Below, in pieces: positions 1 through 15,045 of a stretch of DNA of 64,000 nucleotides. The notes under the pieces are model-generated. The model saw only the letters and a program-made list of their open reading frames with translations, searched no databases and was not told the DNA's origin. The position numbers and the translations under genes were made by a program. Within the stretch, counting starts at the first letter, position 1; the number at the start of each line of letters is the position of its first letter. The stretch is taken from contig JBHGNT010000006.1 in assembly GCA_043228905.1 (NCBI GenBank), forward strand, positions 9,114,001-9,178,000, written 5' to 3'. This DNA is from Azolla caroliniana (taxonomy: Eukaryota > Plantae > Polypodiophyta).

Positions 1-2196
1 TCAAGATGATGATTGAGACATTATGGATTCATATAAATCCACTTGAACGTCAAGTCTTTCCCATCAATAATGATTGCGACAATGTGGATTTGTTTATCCT
101 CCTTAAGTAGGAAGATAAAGCTGATGCGAAGAACAATTTGTGACAATAAAAATAATAGTAATGATATTCTTCATGTGGATATTGGAACCGTGGTATTGAA
201 AGTTGTCCCCCTCATTCAACCGACAACACCACCCAATCAGCCAAATAGAGAGGTTCTGAGTAAAGACCAAGTATTATTTAGAGAGGTTTTGAATAAAACC
301 AATGCGGCTTTATCAGTTGTTTTGAACAAATTGTGTAGGTAACTTGATTAATTGTGTTGATTCATCTTGTCACCCCAAAAGAGAGAAGTGCTACAAGGAA
401 ATGAGAGAGAGATGGTGATGTTCCAAGTATCCATATTGGAGTCTGAGTTTGATTGATGGCCAATGTCTTTCACAAATGGAGATATAGAATAGAGATCAAC
501 AACGTAAGAAGTGTGAATGTAGCATTGGTGCTTGAAGTTGTACATTAAACCAAACTTCACCTACATACATCAGTGGTGGTGGGTGTTTTGTAGGTGTGAC
601 GACAACGATGACATGTGGTGGCAAAACCATGAGAGGAATATGGATAACCATAGGTGATAGAAGAGAGGATTTTTAATTCAGGCTATTAGGGAGTGGGACA
701 ACCATAGTCTGGTGGGAACACTTAAAAGTCTTAATTTTTTTTTGGAAAACAAAAAAGTCTTAATTTCTTCTATGAATGTACTAAAAGTTGTTACCTCATT
801 AATAAAGTGAATATATTTGATCTCTCGCAATGATTTGTTCTTCCATTACTATTAGGTGGTGGTTTGCTTAATTTCTCTTAATTAATATTAAATGTTGTCT
901 ATGTGGAACTGCAGGTGCTTTAAACATCCTTACTTTTCCGAATCTTTCATTAATTTCTCATCTCTGTCGAATGGATTCGATTATCGACAAAGTACACCAT
1001 ATTTTTTTATAGGCAGTGCACTTTAGATACGGAGAATCACATCAATAATGGCATTCCCTTCTCAGCCCCAATAATGGCATTGTTTGTACCTTTCTATCTT
1101 CTTGAGGTTTTTGTTAGGTCAGAACCCCATTTTCCCATTGATTTGCGCATGTCGTTCTTGGCGCCTGCATGCTCTCTTGACTGCCCCCTCTCAGAAATGA
1201 GACCGTCTTCATTTTCCATGAGGATTCCAAAGGTCTCTTCGGTCTAGCTTTTAAAAATAAAAGCACCTTACTCAAGTCTAGGACAAAATTAGTTGAGCGA
1301 GCAAATCTTCGTTCGATGGAACTCTTTAAGCGTGACTCCGACACTCGATGATTTGTTCGAAGCTTCGACCTTAAGTATATTAGACCTTTCTTTGTTATCC
1401 AGAACGAATGAATCATCGAGGATGATGTATTCCTTGTTTCGAAAGATTCCCAATTTAGGCTTTTTGCTTGAATTTCTAGGATCCGAGGATGAAGGAACAC
1501 ATCTTTTAGTCAAAGTGGCCGTTTGGGTCCACGATTATTTCTATGGCCTTATCAAGGCCAACTGTGTTATCCCTTTCGGTGGAGCATGTGGTCCATTATC
1601 ATCGTAAGCATATGGATGAAATCTTAACTCGGCACTCCAACTATCATCCCTTGCCACTTGTTTCACATCGGATTCACTAAAGATGTGTGAAGGGGAGACC
1701 GAATAAGGTCATGTGTCAAAATGACTTCTAACATAACCAAGTAGGTCATTATCATGTTCATTGCTGGATTGGCTGAACCTTTCAATGAAAATGTGAAAAA
1801 AAACACCAATTGGCTCATGCACGCATACTTGTATTCCGGTATTTCACACGCATGTCTATGTGATTGTGAAGTTCATTTCCTAGTTTCCCAGTTTCTGAAA
1901 ATGTTCCAAACAAATATCTTTCGTGGACAATGCAAAAAATCAGGGAGCCTTCAAGAGGCAAAAATTAATAGCATACATTATTTCTTGCATTATGCAAATT
2001 TTGGACCCTCTCTAGGGACTTTTAAGTGTTTTTAAGATTTCAAAATGATTCTCTGTCAACCAATAACATGTGTCCATCAGGTCATTTTAAAGTTCAACTT
2101 TAGACTCGAGTAAATTGCAAGAATGCTTGGAAGATCTCACGGTTATGTTCATATACGCATTGGGAATTAGCAACCGTGCACATCCAATGTGCCTAG

Positions 2197-2603
2197 TGTT
2201 ACCCGCATAGGTGTACAGGAGGGTTAAGGTGTAATGTGTAAGGTGTGTAATGCAAAATGTTAAATGTTAATGTGTGAGTGTGAGGAAGAGAGAGAGTGTG
2301 TGTGTGTGTGTGTGTACACATGCATATATTGGCTTGATGTGTACAAATGTGAGAGTGAGGTGGGTAGGTGTAACTACCCCAATTTGGCTTTTTGTAATGC
2401 CTTCATCAGATATTGTACTATTGAAACCCCACCCATGGGACATGAAACGAAGGAGAAATATGGTGAAGTTACCCTCAACTCGTGTCTGTCTTGATTCCCT
2501 CTCTCTTATTCTCTATGCATCTCTCTCTCCCTCTTTCTCACATTCGAACCCCCTTGGGAGGGGGGTGGAGCTGATCTTGGCTCCACCCCCCCACCTATGA
2601 ACA
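2197..2603. mobile_element. Solo LTR
   Basis: Termini TGTT...AACA with a perfect 5-bp TSD CCTAG (2192-2196 and 2604-2608); no internal domain. Confidence 0.85.
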
Positions 2604-3655
2604 CCTAGATTTGTGTTTGAACTTAAGTTTGTGCATATGCAACAACCCACATGTTTTTTTGTATGCATAACACAAGGGATAATTATTGAAGACTTACAAG
2701 GAGAAATACAATATTGTAGAGACTTTCATACAAATAAAGAGCCCAAGATATGGAGGGATCTCAAAGAAACCCATGGTCTTGGAATAGATGCCTACATTGA
2801 GGTGTGGCTCTTGACTTCACATACTAAGAAAGAAGTGTAATTCATGGGGTACTAAGAAAAAAGCCAATTGACAAAATAGGTATATTTCACAATCGTAATA
2901 TACGAGAATGATTGGCAACCATTTAAATGCTATCATTAAATTCTAATGAAGTTATTGGATGTGGTGATTGTTAGAAAAGCCCTTCTATGAATGGAATGAA
3001 TCGTGATATTTTAACCATGCTACAGAATTCAGTAGCTAAATCTAAGTAAAACCAACATTTTCAATGCATGAAAACCCTTGACGACACATTTAAATTCATA
3101 TAGCACGACAGTTTTCACCAAGTTTATTTTCTATTTCTATTGTCCATGAACTCGAATTCAACATTTGACATGAATGTTCTCGGGATTGGAGGTAATAATC
3201 TTAGAGACCTACCAGTCACAATCTATCTAACAACGAAACGATGGATCTCATCCACAATCAATTTGAATAAGAAAGTAAGCTCTCTGCTTGATCAAGGTGG
3301 TTGCAGCAATAATTTCCCTGCTAAGAAGTGACGCCAAGTTGGAAATTGTTAAGCTCAAGGATGTGAATCAGGCATGTAACCATTTGGAAATGGCACCACC
3401 TTCGTGCATTGAATCTATATATACATCATGTCATAAAGACTCCAATCGATAGCATACATCCTCTTTCTCCCCGCAACCAGGAAAGAAATAATGTTGACAC
3501 CCAAATGCACCTTGAATTCATTTTAGGATAATTAGCCTCTATACACATGATAACGTTGGAATAAAGGGCTTTTGGTTTGAAGTTTCGAAGATGACAAAGG
3601 TATGACTTGGATATGTACAAAACCCATGATGTAGATAGCATTTTGACTTGGTGAG

Positions 3656-4165
3656 TTATGATTGGAAGGTGGGGCTTGTGAGTGTTCTTCGGGCCAAGTT
3701 TCTTATGTCCTCACGTGGTGATTCAATAGATATACGAACAAGTTTTGGCACAGCACCTGCTACAAGCAAGTCCTTGGCATTTTCTTCTGCAAAATTTAAT
3801 ACTTGCATTTGTTATCTCATTTTAATGGATCACCTATATATTTAATTAATGCATTCAGGGATATGCATGAAATGCATACTACATGATCAACCAATATCAG
3901 CATGAAAATAAATAAACAAATATAGACATATATATGGTTATTTATGCACGTATAGATATATAGGGAACACTCCAAATGATCTCGCTTTTCACTATTTCTT
4001 AAAATGCCCCAATAGGCTGGGTGAATTGACCATCTGAGTGCTCAAATAGAACATAGAGTTCAATCAATGTTTGATGTTTGTCCTGTAGTATGCGTGTGTC
4101 TTGACTTGTGTATATCCATATGGATGTAAGTACGAAAATGTGTATATGTGAGTATATAAACATGC

Positions 4166-4211
<46 letters not shown>

Positions 4212-4980
4212 CATACATACATACATATATATGTGTGTGTGTATATAATTCTATATTTTATATATCTACCAGAGTGTCCTACCATGTAGACCAAGATGAC
4301 AAAGCGCAAGCTCAAGGTGTCGCTTGACGGAAGATATTTCACTGCTTGAGTTTTCCACCACCCATGGTAGAGCACCATCCTCTATCAGCAGGGACTTCCC
4401 ACTTTTTTGACCTGTAATTACAATATGTATATGTACAGTCATTCAGCATCTTCAGAATCAAGCATCAACATCCACTAGAATTTCCCACATCGCAAATTAG
4501 AACTTGACATTATAAAGTTATGTAAATGTTCGGCATTACGAGGATGTGTTATACCTATACCGTGTGTATAGTAAACTGACCTTGAGCTATTGCTCTTGAT
4601 TCACATTTCGCGAAGTTGGCAATTCCTCTAGCAATCTGTGCTAGAATGTCACGATGTGTTGATTGTGTCATACTCAAAAGAGCTTTTATCCCACCCATTT
4701 CTCTTAGTTCTACTTGCAATTTATCTGCACAAAAAACATTGCCATACAAGACAATATGAACAGAGTAAGTTAGATACATGACAGGAAAGACACTACAGAT
4801 AAGAGACATTACCATTTCCACATAGATTTGCTATTGCACCCGCTACCATCCTTAGTGTTTGTAGATCTCCGGCTTCATTAGCTGTTTTAGCCAACAACTG
4901 GATTCCATTCTGCTCCATAATACGTTGTTGGTTGGTCTCTGGTGTCCAATCAAGCATATAATTAGCATTTTCGGATATAC

Positions 4981-5026
<46 letters not shown>

Positions 5027-8000
5027 CTCAATAGAGAAAAGTAATCAATAAGTTTTACCATTCATTGCAAGGTTGGCAATAGCGCCAACTGCTACTCGTC
5101 TGATAGTTTCATCACTAGAGCTTTTCAGAAGGTTCAGCAAGAGACTCAAGCCCCCAGATTCTACAATTTTCTCCTGATTCCCTTCTGTTTAAGATATTGG
5201 GACAACAAACTTAGACAGACTATGCAAGAAAGGTTGATGATTTCATTTGTGATCATTTGTGGTCCAACCTTCGGCAGCAAGATTGGCGACAACCTTTGCA
5301 GCATGTAGTCGAACATCCATATCTTCAGAATTTAGGAGATCTAGTATCTTGTGCAAACCAACTGTAAGTCATTTATCAACTTGAAACATTAGCTAGATAT
5401 CCCTGTTTGTACAAAAAATATGCAATGAATTAGAAGGGGCATTCATGATGAATGCTAAGGAGTGTATTAGGGTGTACCATGTTCAAAGAGCCTAGTAATT
5501 GTAGCTCTCTGACCATTTATTGCTTCTCGCATATGATGTGGATTGTTCAAGCTAATGTTCAAGTTCATTCCTGATTCTGAATTTGTTGATGTCATCATAA
5601 GGTCTCTATCAAGGGTTCTTCTTGTCTAGAATCGCATAAACAAAGGAAAGACATTGTAATGTTAGTAAAAAGATACCTTTGAAACTATAAAAAACTCAAT
5701 CTGATATTACCTCATCATCGTAACTTATTTGAAGCAACTGTTGCTTTAAAATTCTCACTTCATCCTCCAGCTTTTCCCTATGCTTGAACTGTTCATCCAA
5801 TGTTTTTTGCAACTGATTTACTTCATCTTTCAGCCGTGAATCCTATATGAAAGAAACCATATCTTTGGAGAAACTTGAACATAAGTTTCAATAAAAGCAA
5901 TCATATAGCATTTTTGTATTCGTGAAAGTATTCTCAAACATTGTTACCAACTGGCTTTCATTTACAAAAATCCTAGAAAAAAGGGCTTTGAAGGTTAGAA
6001 GTGTTCATGGTACTATTTCAGCATCTGTGTCTGAAATCTGTAGCTCCTAGACAAGTTATTTGATTATATTTGCCATGTATAATATGATAAAACTTCTAAT
6101 GTTGGATTTTTAGGGTTTTGAAGTTCTAATCCTTTGCAAATTGTTTGTCAATGTACAGAATGCACACACATTTTTTTACTGGGGTTCTATTTCCTAGTTA
6201 CTTAAATGGGACCAAAACGTTTCCAGCCATTTGCGTCACTTACTATGCTTGAAGATTTATGATCTATTCTCCATTCCTTGTTACATGTTTAGTGAACAAT
6301 ATTCACAGAAAAATTCCATGATTTGGAGGCTGAAAGTTGAAATATAGACTACTAAATAACTCAAATCAAAGACGTGAGTTATCAGATCTAGACAAGCTGA
6401 TATTTAATTTCTAAATACAATGCAAGCTAGTAATTCCAAAGAAAAATTAGGCTGTTTACTTAGATCCACCTACTATAATTAACTCCTAGGACAAAAAACA
6501 ATTTTAAAAGGCTTTAAATTTAACATACACTTCTTACACACCTCCACATTAGCAGCCACAGGCCTTTGATATTTCCATTCATGTAGCTGTCTTTCAACAT
6601 CTGCACGCAACTTAGTCTCCTTCTCTATTTGCAGTTTGAGTTGCATTACTTGTTCTTTGTATTCCAACTGCATATGAAAGAAGAAAAAAGGCCATTTTAA
6701 TGTCTCTAAAGATGTCAAAATGGCCTAGGAATCCAACAAATGTTTAAAGCTTGCTATTAAATGATGTCTCATCAAAGCTTTGTGAGCTTAAACATAAACT
6801 AGAAGTAATCTACTGGATAAATGCGAAAGCCAACTTTCAGATATAATTAAACACCCTTTATAATTACAATAATATCGACAATGCTAGAACCTCATAGTAC
6901 CATCCTAATGTGTAAAATAGAATATAGGACATAAATTATACCTCAATCTTCCCTTTTTCCTTTAACCTATCTTCTTCTAAGGTTTTTATCTTTCTTTGCA
7001 GGTTTTCTTTTTGTAAACTTTCTGCCTCAAGCTTTTTAGTAATCTCTCCCAGCTGAAGCTGATAGTTTTGAACAAATTCTTCCTGTTCTTTCTGCAGCCT
7101 CGTCTTTTCAATCTGTATCTGCATCTGATTCGTAAGAAAATAAAACGCTGATTGTGATTTATTCTAGATATATGAATGGATTTGAGAAGTTTCACCAGAA
7201 TCTAAATCAAATATCATTGAAGGTTAAAAGTGTACAGTAAACCTCTTTCTCCATTAAAGCAGCTTCTTTCTCTGTATGAATGTTCTGTGCAGACTCTTTG
7301 AGCTCTTTACGTAGTTTCGAGCACTCCTTTTCAAGTTTATTTACAGCTTCTTTAGTTTCATTCTGCAACCTGAACCTCTCCGCCGCCAGTTCCTATTTAC
7401 AAAGCATTGTACATAAAATTCAACTTACATCGTTCCCTCCACATATATAAAACAACAAACTGCAGTTATCTTATAGGGCAACACTCAGAAATACCCCTGC
7501 ACATTTTTAATTTCCACACATACCCCTTAATTTTAGTAAACATGCCCATACCCGCTGCCCAAACCAGAGAAACGAGAATGAATTGACCATATAATTACGC
7601 AAATAGAACTTAAAATTAGGTGCTCAGGACAAGGTTGTGATGGAGGGTATTTGTGAAAATAAAGGAAAACTCACAAGAATTTAGGACGTCAATAGTATAT
7701 TTAAATGTGATGGATTATGGTTCTATTACATGCTAGTAATGTAAATAGGGAGGCTTTCTAAAAACTAGGGAGTTTCAAAGTAATGTAAATCTAGCAATGA
7801 GAGAAGGCAGGATAGACCTCAATTGCTTCTCTTAAATCCTTTTGGGCCTCCTCAGTCAAGAGTTGGGCATCATCGATCTTCTTTTGCATTTCTTCTTCAA
7901 TATCGAATAGTGCCTTGGTTTGACGCTCATTCTCAGCTATCAATCTGTCCAAGTCTGTCTCTAATTTTCGGCAAAGACTTTTGTAGTCGAATTCCTCCTT

Positions 8001-11000
8001 GAGCTTTACCATATTTTCCACTTTCATTGCCTGGAGTCAATATAGAGGCATAATTACATTCTACTGAGTTCAATGCATTGAAAACAGATTTCAAAACACA
8101 TCATACCATTAAAAAATGATAACTTTATTAGAAGGTAGGCAATCATCGTCTAAATGAGTAGAAAATTTCAATAAAGAAAAAAATTTCAGAACATGGAGAT
8201 ATTTGTACCTTCTATTTCAGAATTTAAAAGGGATTTTCAAATAAGTGCAAACAGATTTGCCAAAATTGCACAAAAAAAGTGTGATAGTTTTGCAAGCATT
8301 GCCAATGCTGCTTAAGATTGAACATTGGCTAGTAGCACTGATTGTATTGATAAGACTGAGATATGGGGCACTTACTCTTTGTTTGAACAAATTAATTGTA
8401 CAAACTACACACAATGGGTTTTTTATCGAGCATCGGCAATGTAAAGGTTTGAGGTATGAGACACTTACTCTTTGTCCAAACAAAATTGTGCTTGAAGTCT
8501 CCCCACGATGCTGAGGTGAAGGTCCTATTGTGATGATTAGTGATGTTCTTGCAGTCCCTGGCAACAAACAAGGGTCAGAACGGTAACTAAATAAAAATGT
8601 AAGGTCATTGTCACTTGAAATTATACCTCCGAATGAGTCTCTAAGAATTCTTGTGAGTTTGGAATCTCTAATAGGAACATGTTGTCGGTTCTCAGCAAGT
8701 GCATTGATGCATTTTCCCAAAGCTGTGAGTGAGAGGTTGATAAATTTGGTCTCTTCTAGTACATGACCTTCACAACCTGGTAAAGGTATATCAAATTTTC
8801 TGTGAACATTAGTTAATGTATAGTTAAGCAAGACAAAATTTATAACCGTTTACACATTTATTTTTGTATATTTAAGCAATATAATATTTAAGAGTTTTAT
8901 TTATGTCAAACCAGATTTATCAATCCGTTCTGATCCCGCTAGATCTACAATCAATAACTTGCTCCTCCTTATTGTTGAAACACTGTGTCTTGTCAGATCC
9001 ATCGAACCATTTTCATTTAGGCTAGTTGGTTCACTCTCTGGCTTCGCTCTAACAGACTTCCTCACACTCACCTAAAAGGTGATGTTTCAAAGCCCAAACA
9101 TTTCAACATTGTCAACATGTTCACAATTCAAATGCAATTTATAACCGTAATTTGACCTTTAGCATACTTCCTAAATCTTGCTATATGGAATTCATATTGA
9201 TGTCCTTTTGAACAATTAAGTTCTAACTCCTATTCAAATTTTATGTAGAATTTAATGAGGTATACAACTTTACCAGCAGTATAGCATGACTACGAGATGA
9301 TTCTGTGTTCATCTTCGTATTCGCAGCAAAACGATTTGCTTCCCCCATTTGCAAAAGCTCAACAAAACTTTTCTGGTTTCTGATTTCAAAGGAAGTTGCT
9401 CCAGGAAGTGACACATCACCATTTGCGTCTTCTACAATTGCTATGTTATCTTTTTCAGGTGCAAGAAGATCTTGAACCGTCTCCATATATAGCTATACCC
9501 ATGCCAAAGAAAAAACCAGTATGAGTTTATTGAAGTAGTGCATGTGTTGCATTACTTTCGGGGGAAAAAATCCCAATTAATACCCCCCCTCCACTCTTTG
9601 TTTATTTTCCTGATGTCCTTACTTTTCCGGTATTTCCTCAAACACTTTTAATCAATACCTATCGAGCAATTATGTAAATTACACAATTGATTAATCACAC
9701 TTTCTCTTTGAGGGATTGACTGACCAGTGGCATTCAATGAAAGGGCTAAGAGGTATGAGGGTATTGGTATTACAGTGTTTTTCAGTTACTATATATATAC
9801 TGTTTGGACTGCAGTATATGCAAAATAATATAAGCTATGATTTTACCTGTAAATATGAAACAGACACTGTATCGTGATCAAATGATGTATCAGCAAGAAT
9901 TTGCTCCATAGCTCGGACCATAATGCCACGGTCAGCTGCATCTTCATCACCAATTTTACCCAAAGTGAATGTTTTCCCAGTGCCTGTCTGACCATATGCC
10001 ATGATTGTGCCATTGTAACCTTCCAATACACTCTGCACATGACGAGTAAAATCAACATCCCTAGCTGACTATTTCATGCTACTATAAGGTTTATTCTTGT
10101 TGTATGCATTGAAGGTTTGAATCAAATCCTAAAAGTTTCTAAGGAACCTTGAACAATCATGAGGATAGTTATTCTGAAGAATCTCCACATTCTGCTAATC
10201 TATATAACAGATTGGTTATGATATATAAAGTTTAAGTTCAGTTATGATATGATAGCTTGTGTTTGGAATCTTACACTTAACCGTTATTGGTCAGAATGGT
10301 AGGTTTTTGGTTATTATGTATGACGTCTTAGTTTGTTTTTTCTGCTTTTTTCTTTTTTGGAGCTCTTTATCTTTATTATTCATGTATCAATCCCACATTA
10401 AATAAAAAACAATACGTTTTTCTAACATGGAAATGCAGAATTCAAGACGAAGACATAATACTAACCTCGACTACTGGCTTTGCAACAACTTCATAGACAC
10501 GCTTCTGTGATGCGGTTTCGTTCAAAATCTCATCAAACTGGAAAGTGTCACACTCCCAACTATTTTTCCTGAGTTTCAATCTCTTGAGCTGCACATAACA
10601 TGAGTTCAGAAAATATATATTCAAAACATCGAAGGACTGATTAACAATGAAAACCAATGACATTGACAGCCACGGAGAAAAAGAATTACTGTGATGGTAT
10701 AAAAAGACAAAGAAGAATGAGAGAAAAACGTGAAACCTCAGGCATCAATTCAACATAGTCGGCAAAATCAGCATCGTTTTTTAGCTCCTCGGCATTCCGA
10801 GGACGAAGTCTCACAGCAACTCGCACTCTGGCTGACACTGGCAATATCAATACAAAGATTCCAGTCTTGTTATGTAAAAGGAGGTTCCAGTTCTGTTATA
10901 TAAAAGAGATTCCATTTTTCTATAAAAGATTTTCGTTCTGCTCTTGAAAAGATTCTAGATATGATAGGTTCTGCTAGGTTTAGAAGGAAGTTAGGCCCTT

Positions 11001-12665
11001 ATATCTGAAGTAACGCCCTTTCCCAATGTGAAAAAGTAAAACCCTCAAAACGATCAAGTGCTCTCCTAAGATTGCAGAGGTGAAATCGATTCATATAATG
11101 ACATAATTTTGTTAATTTTGTTAATTTCTGTTTGTTCAATCCAAACTTTTTAAACCTTTGTACAATCAAAATTCAAAATTCAAAGCAAAAGAAAGACATC
11201 CAAAATCTCCTTCAAAAGATGGAATAGCTGAACAGTTTATGAAGTTATGAAGGTGAAAATGTTGTAACTGCAAAGACTAAGTTTCTTTCTGCCCTTTATT
11301 TTCGTTCCTTTCTATTTAAACTTAAGCCTCCCTGGAACTTTGATGAAATCGAAGTTCATCATGACAAAAAGGAAGTTCTCCTAAAAAACAAAACTTGAAA
11401 TGGTTCTGACCATCTGTTTATTGCTATCATCTATATAAGCTTAATACTTCCTAGATCAAACCTGAAAAATTAAGAGACAAAAAACAATATTCTAAAAGAT
11501 TCAAGTTATATGAATTAAATGCAATGAAGATCAGAATGAAATTTACAGATTGTAAAAGATTGAAATTTTTCTGACCTCCATTTTTGTTACAAAATACAAA
11601 TCATTCTATTTAGTGCTTGGATCAAAGTGAGACGAATGGCAAACAAGACTTTATTGAAAATACCTTTTATCTATTGAGTTACATGTGGAAACGAAGGAAT
11701 TAAATTTTTTTTATTGGTTAACCTATCTTCTTAGATCCAACTGAGATTAATGACAAAACACTATATCAGAATTTCCCTTAATGGATTGAATTATAATGAA
11801 AGGAATTTAATGTTCTTTTTTGTTATGACCTCCATTTTCTTTCCTTCCTGTCTAAAATTTGACCATTTGAATTTGTGCTTGCATCAAAACTTAGATTGAT
11901 GACAAAAGGAAGACATTGAATATCTCTCTTGGATCAAATTACATGTTGTTCAATAAAACTCAAGTCTAATTCTTAGATCCAACTGAGGCTAATCATAAAA
12001 ACAATGCACTGAAATTTGGCCTAATAGATGGGACTATAATGCAAGGAATTTAGTGATTTTTTTATTTTTTATGACCTAAAACACTCAAGCCTTCTAATAG
12101 GATAAAAATGAAATGAAGCACAAAAATAACATTTAAATTTCCCTTAAAATACATGAATGGAATCGTTACATTACCATTGCAGATGAATAATGTAAATTGA
12201 GGAATTTTAAAATTTAGTACTTATCTAGACTAAATTTATATTATAGCTTGAGCTCTCAAATCAAATTAACGCCCATCAATCATTTGTTTTTTGTATTCTT
12301 ACTGATCAATTAAAATAACTCAGAAAATGCAAATACATTAAGGATGTGCCTGTTTTAATACCTCCATTTTCTTCTCTTGATCTATTAGCATTTGAGCGCC
12401 TTGATCCTCCTGCAGAAACATAACTTGATGTCGATGGTGACTGTGGTTGAGATAAAGATGGTGAAGGAGATGAAGATGGAGATGAAGGTATATAATTAAC
12501 CTGTCTGGATCGAGAACTAGCAGCAGTATTATGATAATTATTAGTAGTATTGCTACTGCCATTGTTTGTAAATGATCTGTTAATATTATTAGCATTAGTA
12601 TTAGTATTACTAGCAGGAGCACCAAATGAAAGAGATCGCTGATGTTCTCCTGCTCGAGCTCCCAT
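3656..12665 (-). CDS. ARK: Armadillo-repeat kinesin (motor, coiled coil, ARM repeats), 20 coding exons
   Basis: Exons, all GT-AG with consistent phase: 12665-12362, 10837-10737, 10588-10466, 10032-9847, 9492-9274, 9071-8912, 8776-8627, 8557-8469, 8030-7818, 7392-7243, 7124-6942, 6667-6542, 5842-5711, 5625-5478, 5361-5269, 5184-5059, 4938-4813, 4724-4581, 4411-4283, 3786-3656 (TAA). Motifs: [11 protein letters not shown]-loop GQTGTGKT, switch I NTESSRSH, switch [22 protein letters not shown] repeats ([28 protein letters not shown]), C-terminal [12 protein letters not shown]. Confidence 0.95.
7475..7775. mobile_element. Degenerate Mutator-like MITE in ARK intron 9
   Basis: Begins GGGCAACACTCAGAAATACCCCTG, resembling the TIR of the intact MITE at 62476; loosely inverted right half. 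Confidence 0.4.
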
Positions 12666-12835
12666 AGCTAAGTTAGTATAATAGTAGCCGTATAGAGATA
12701 TTGAAGGTATAGGGGAAATATTCAAAAGAAAAGATTATTCATAGAGATCTCAAGCAGGAGAGACAACTTGAAGAAAGTTGGCCAGTCATAGCTATGTATA
12801 GAGACACATATATGCGATCATCTTCACCATGTTCA

Positions 12836-13062
12836 AGAAGAAGAAGAAGAAGAAGAAAGGGAAGAAAAGAATGAAATAGAAGAAGAAAGAAAGAAAGAAA
12901 GAAAGTAGAAATATATGGTGTGCGCAGGAGGTGGCTCACACACATCAATGGAAGAATCGAGTGAATATATATATATGCTTAATTAGAGGAAGACACAGGG
13001 AATATCAGGAAGGAAGGAAGGAAAGAAGGAACGAACGAACGAAGAAGAAGAAGAAGAAGAAA
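12836..13062. repeat. GAA/GAAA/GGAA microsatellites in the ARK 5' leader region
   Basis: Directly visible purine repeats (CT-rich on the sense strand) upstream of the ARK ATG. Confidence 0.8.
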
Positions 13063-14009
13063 TGAAAAGACAAAGGGAATCTATGGATACTGGAGGTCAT
13101 GGTTTGCACGAAATCATGCCATTTATTTAATGAAATAAAATTTCTTTAGTGTTCGCACGAACCGAGAAACTTTGCATTACATCCTCAGCATGTTGTTACG
13201 AGTTCTGATAAAAAGAAATATGAATTGGAATGGACTGACAGAATCTGCTCACCTCCACTGTGCCATGGCTTGCCACGTCTTCGTCATCTGCATGCAGCTC
13301 ACCGCTACTCCATTTCCTCTGTAATAATTCCGATTCCTGAGATTTAGGAGGCCACTGTAGCATTTGAGCTTTAAACTCACTCGAAGAGAATGAATGCGTT
13401 GCCATCAAATCCAAACAATTACCAAACAGCTTCCATAATTGTTGCCAACAAAACCATCTCTTTTCTGCAAACTCCAAAAGTAAATTGCACCTTCCCATCG
13501 TCGTCTGAACAGCCTCCAAAGAACTAAATGTCAAGCAAGTAATTACTTTACCTGACATCTCATTATCTTCTAAACTCAGTGCGACGATCAGAATCGACTG
13601 CATTCCCCACCTGCAAGGAAGTGACAAATTTTTACCTTAACAGCTTTTCCCTAACTTGGATGATGCAAACTTTGTGGATAAAGAACTTTACCATTTCTGT
13701 CCACGGATAACCCATCCACCATCGCCAAACATAGCTAAGATAGATATCAAGGATTTGGAATTGTCTCGGCTCCACCATACGCTCATGCAAATCCCATCAA
13801 ATATATTCTTCTTCTGTATGCACAAGGAGTGTTAACCCCATGCTTGAAACAAATAAACAAAACACCCCCCCACCAAGTTTAGTGCTGAACTTTCACAATC
13901 TTTTCTCAAGCCTCTACTACCTCACTTCTTCTTTCTTTTTCCCAAAACAATTTCTACTTCACTAGTTAAAGTCAACAAAATTATGTATATGTACTGTTTT
14001 AGTTCTAAA

Positions 14010-14250
14010 GATGGGGTATATCGGTTTATCAAGTTTCGGTTTTTTTTGTTTTTAACTTTTTTTCCTATTTCCCTAATAGTTTAATAGGTTTGTTAATGTT
14101 TTTTTCTTTGTTTAATGGTTTAATTAATTTAACTTAAATGGTTTGGTTTAGATTCGCGATTAAACGATTCGATTTTGGTTTCAACCTTTCTTTAAAACAA
14201 TTTGGTTTGGTTTGAAGGCCAAGAAATCGAACCGAAACCGTACTAAGCTC
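14010..14250. mobile_element. Degenerate hAT-type MITE (AAACCG/CGGTTT subterminal motif family)
   Basis: Clustered CGGTTT/AAACCG motifs and an AT-rich core like the elements at 18803 and 62956; termini unclear. Confidence 0.5.
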
Positions 14251-15045
14251 ATATGTAAGTAATGTTGCCAATGTGAGTATTTTGAACCCAAAGCTGTGGC
14301 TGAAAATGTGGACCTTAAAGTGAAAATGTTGGTGAAGGCAGTCGCCCAACTCATTTGATCAGTGACCCTATTGACAAGAAGTGATCCGGCTCATTTTATC
14401 AATTGCCCTATTGACAAGTAGTCACTTGACTCATATCTACCAACTGCCTATAATGATTGTTTTCCAACGATCAAATTAACAATCAACGGATCAATTGTGG
14501 TTTTTTGACAGAATAATCAATTTAATCATAGAAAAATCACTTGTTATCACATACTAACATTTTAATCACGCTAATTTTCCACAAGCTATCACTCAAACGC
14601 TAATCATTTGATCACAGAATAATCACATCATACTTGATATCCGGCTTGCTAATTGCGATCATGATGAATAATGAAGCTAATCCATCTTTGCAATGTCAGA
14701 AAATGATTTAGATCATACGTCATCATATTCCACGAAATTTGAGAAGATAACAAGTCATCTACATCCGAATGGGAGGACAAGGGGGTGGATCCCTTCATGT
14801 ATTGTTTCCCTAGGTATTTTGCGTTCACAAGAGGTATGTATGATTTGCTTGTTAAAAATTTATTGGGACAAGTTAAGGTAACGTTGGGAACTTTAAGTGA
14901 TGTTGCAAGGGGTGCACATCTCAATCTCCATGAATGCAAGCACATGAATAATCAATTCATGTTAGGGAATGAGAGTACAATCTACCTTAAGGCATCACCT
15001 AATCTTCAAGTAATACACGTTGTTGCGTAAAAAAGTGTGTACGTG

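Noticed and set aside
1-1700. Short ORFs that look like decayed coding or TE sequence
   Set aside because: Multiple stops and no diagnostic motif or terminus I can identify.
11725-12080. Duplicated block in ARK intron 1
   Set aside because: A decayed local duplication (TTCTTAGATCCAACTGAG twice) with no termini, coding or splice signal.
13196-13627. 143-aa minus-strand ORF upstream of ARK
   Set aside because: Non-ATG start and no recognisable motif; probably promoter-region sequence (one ACGTGGC ABRE-like site at ~13272, too little to call).
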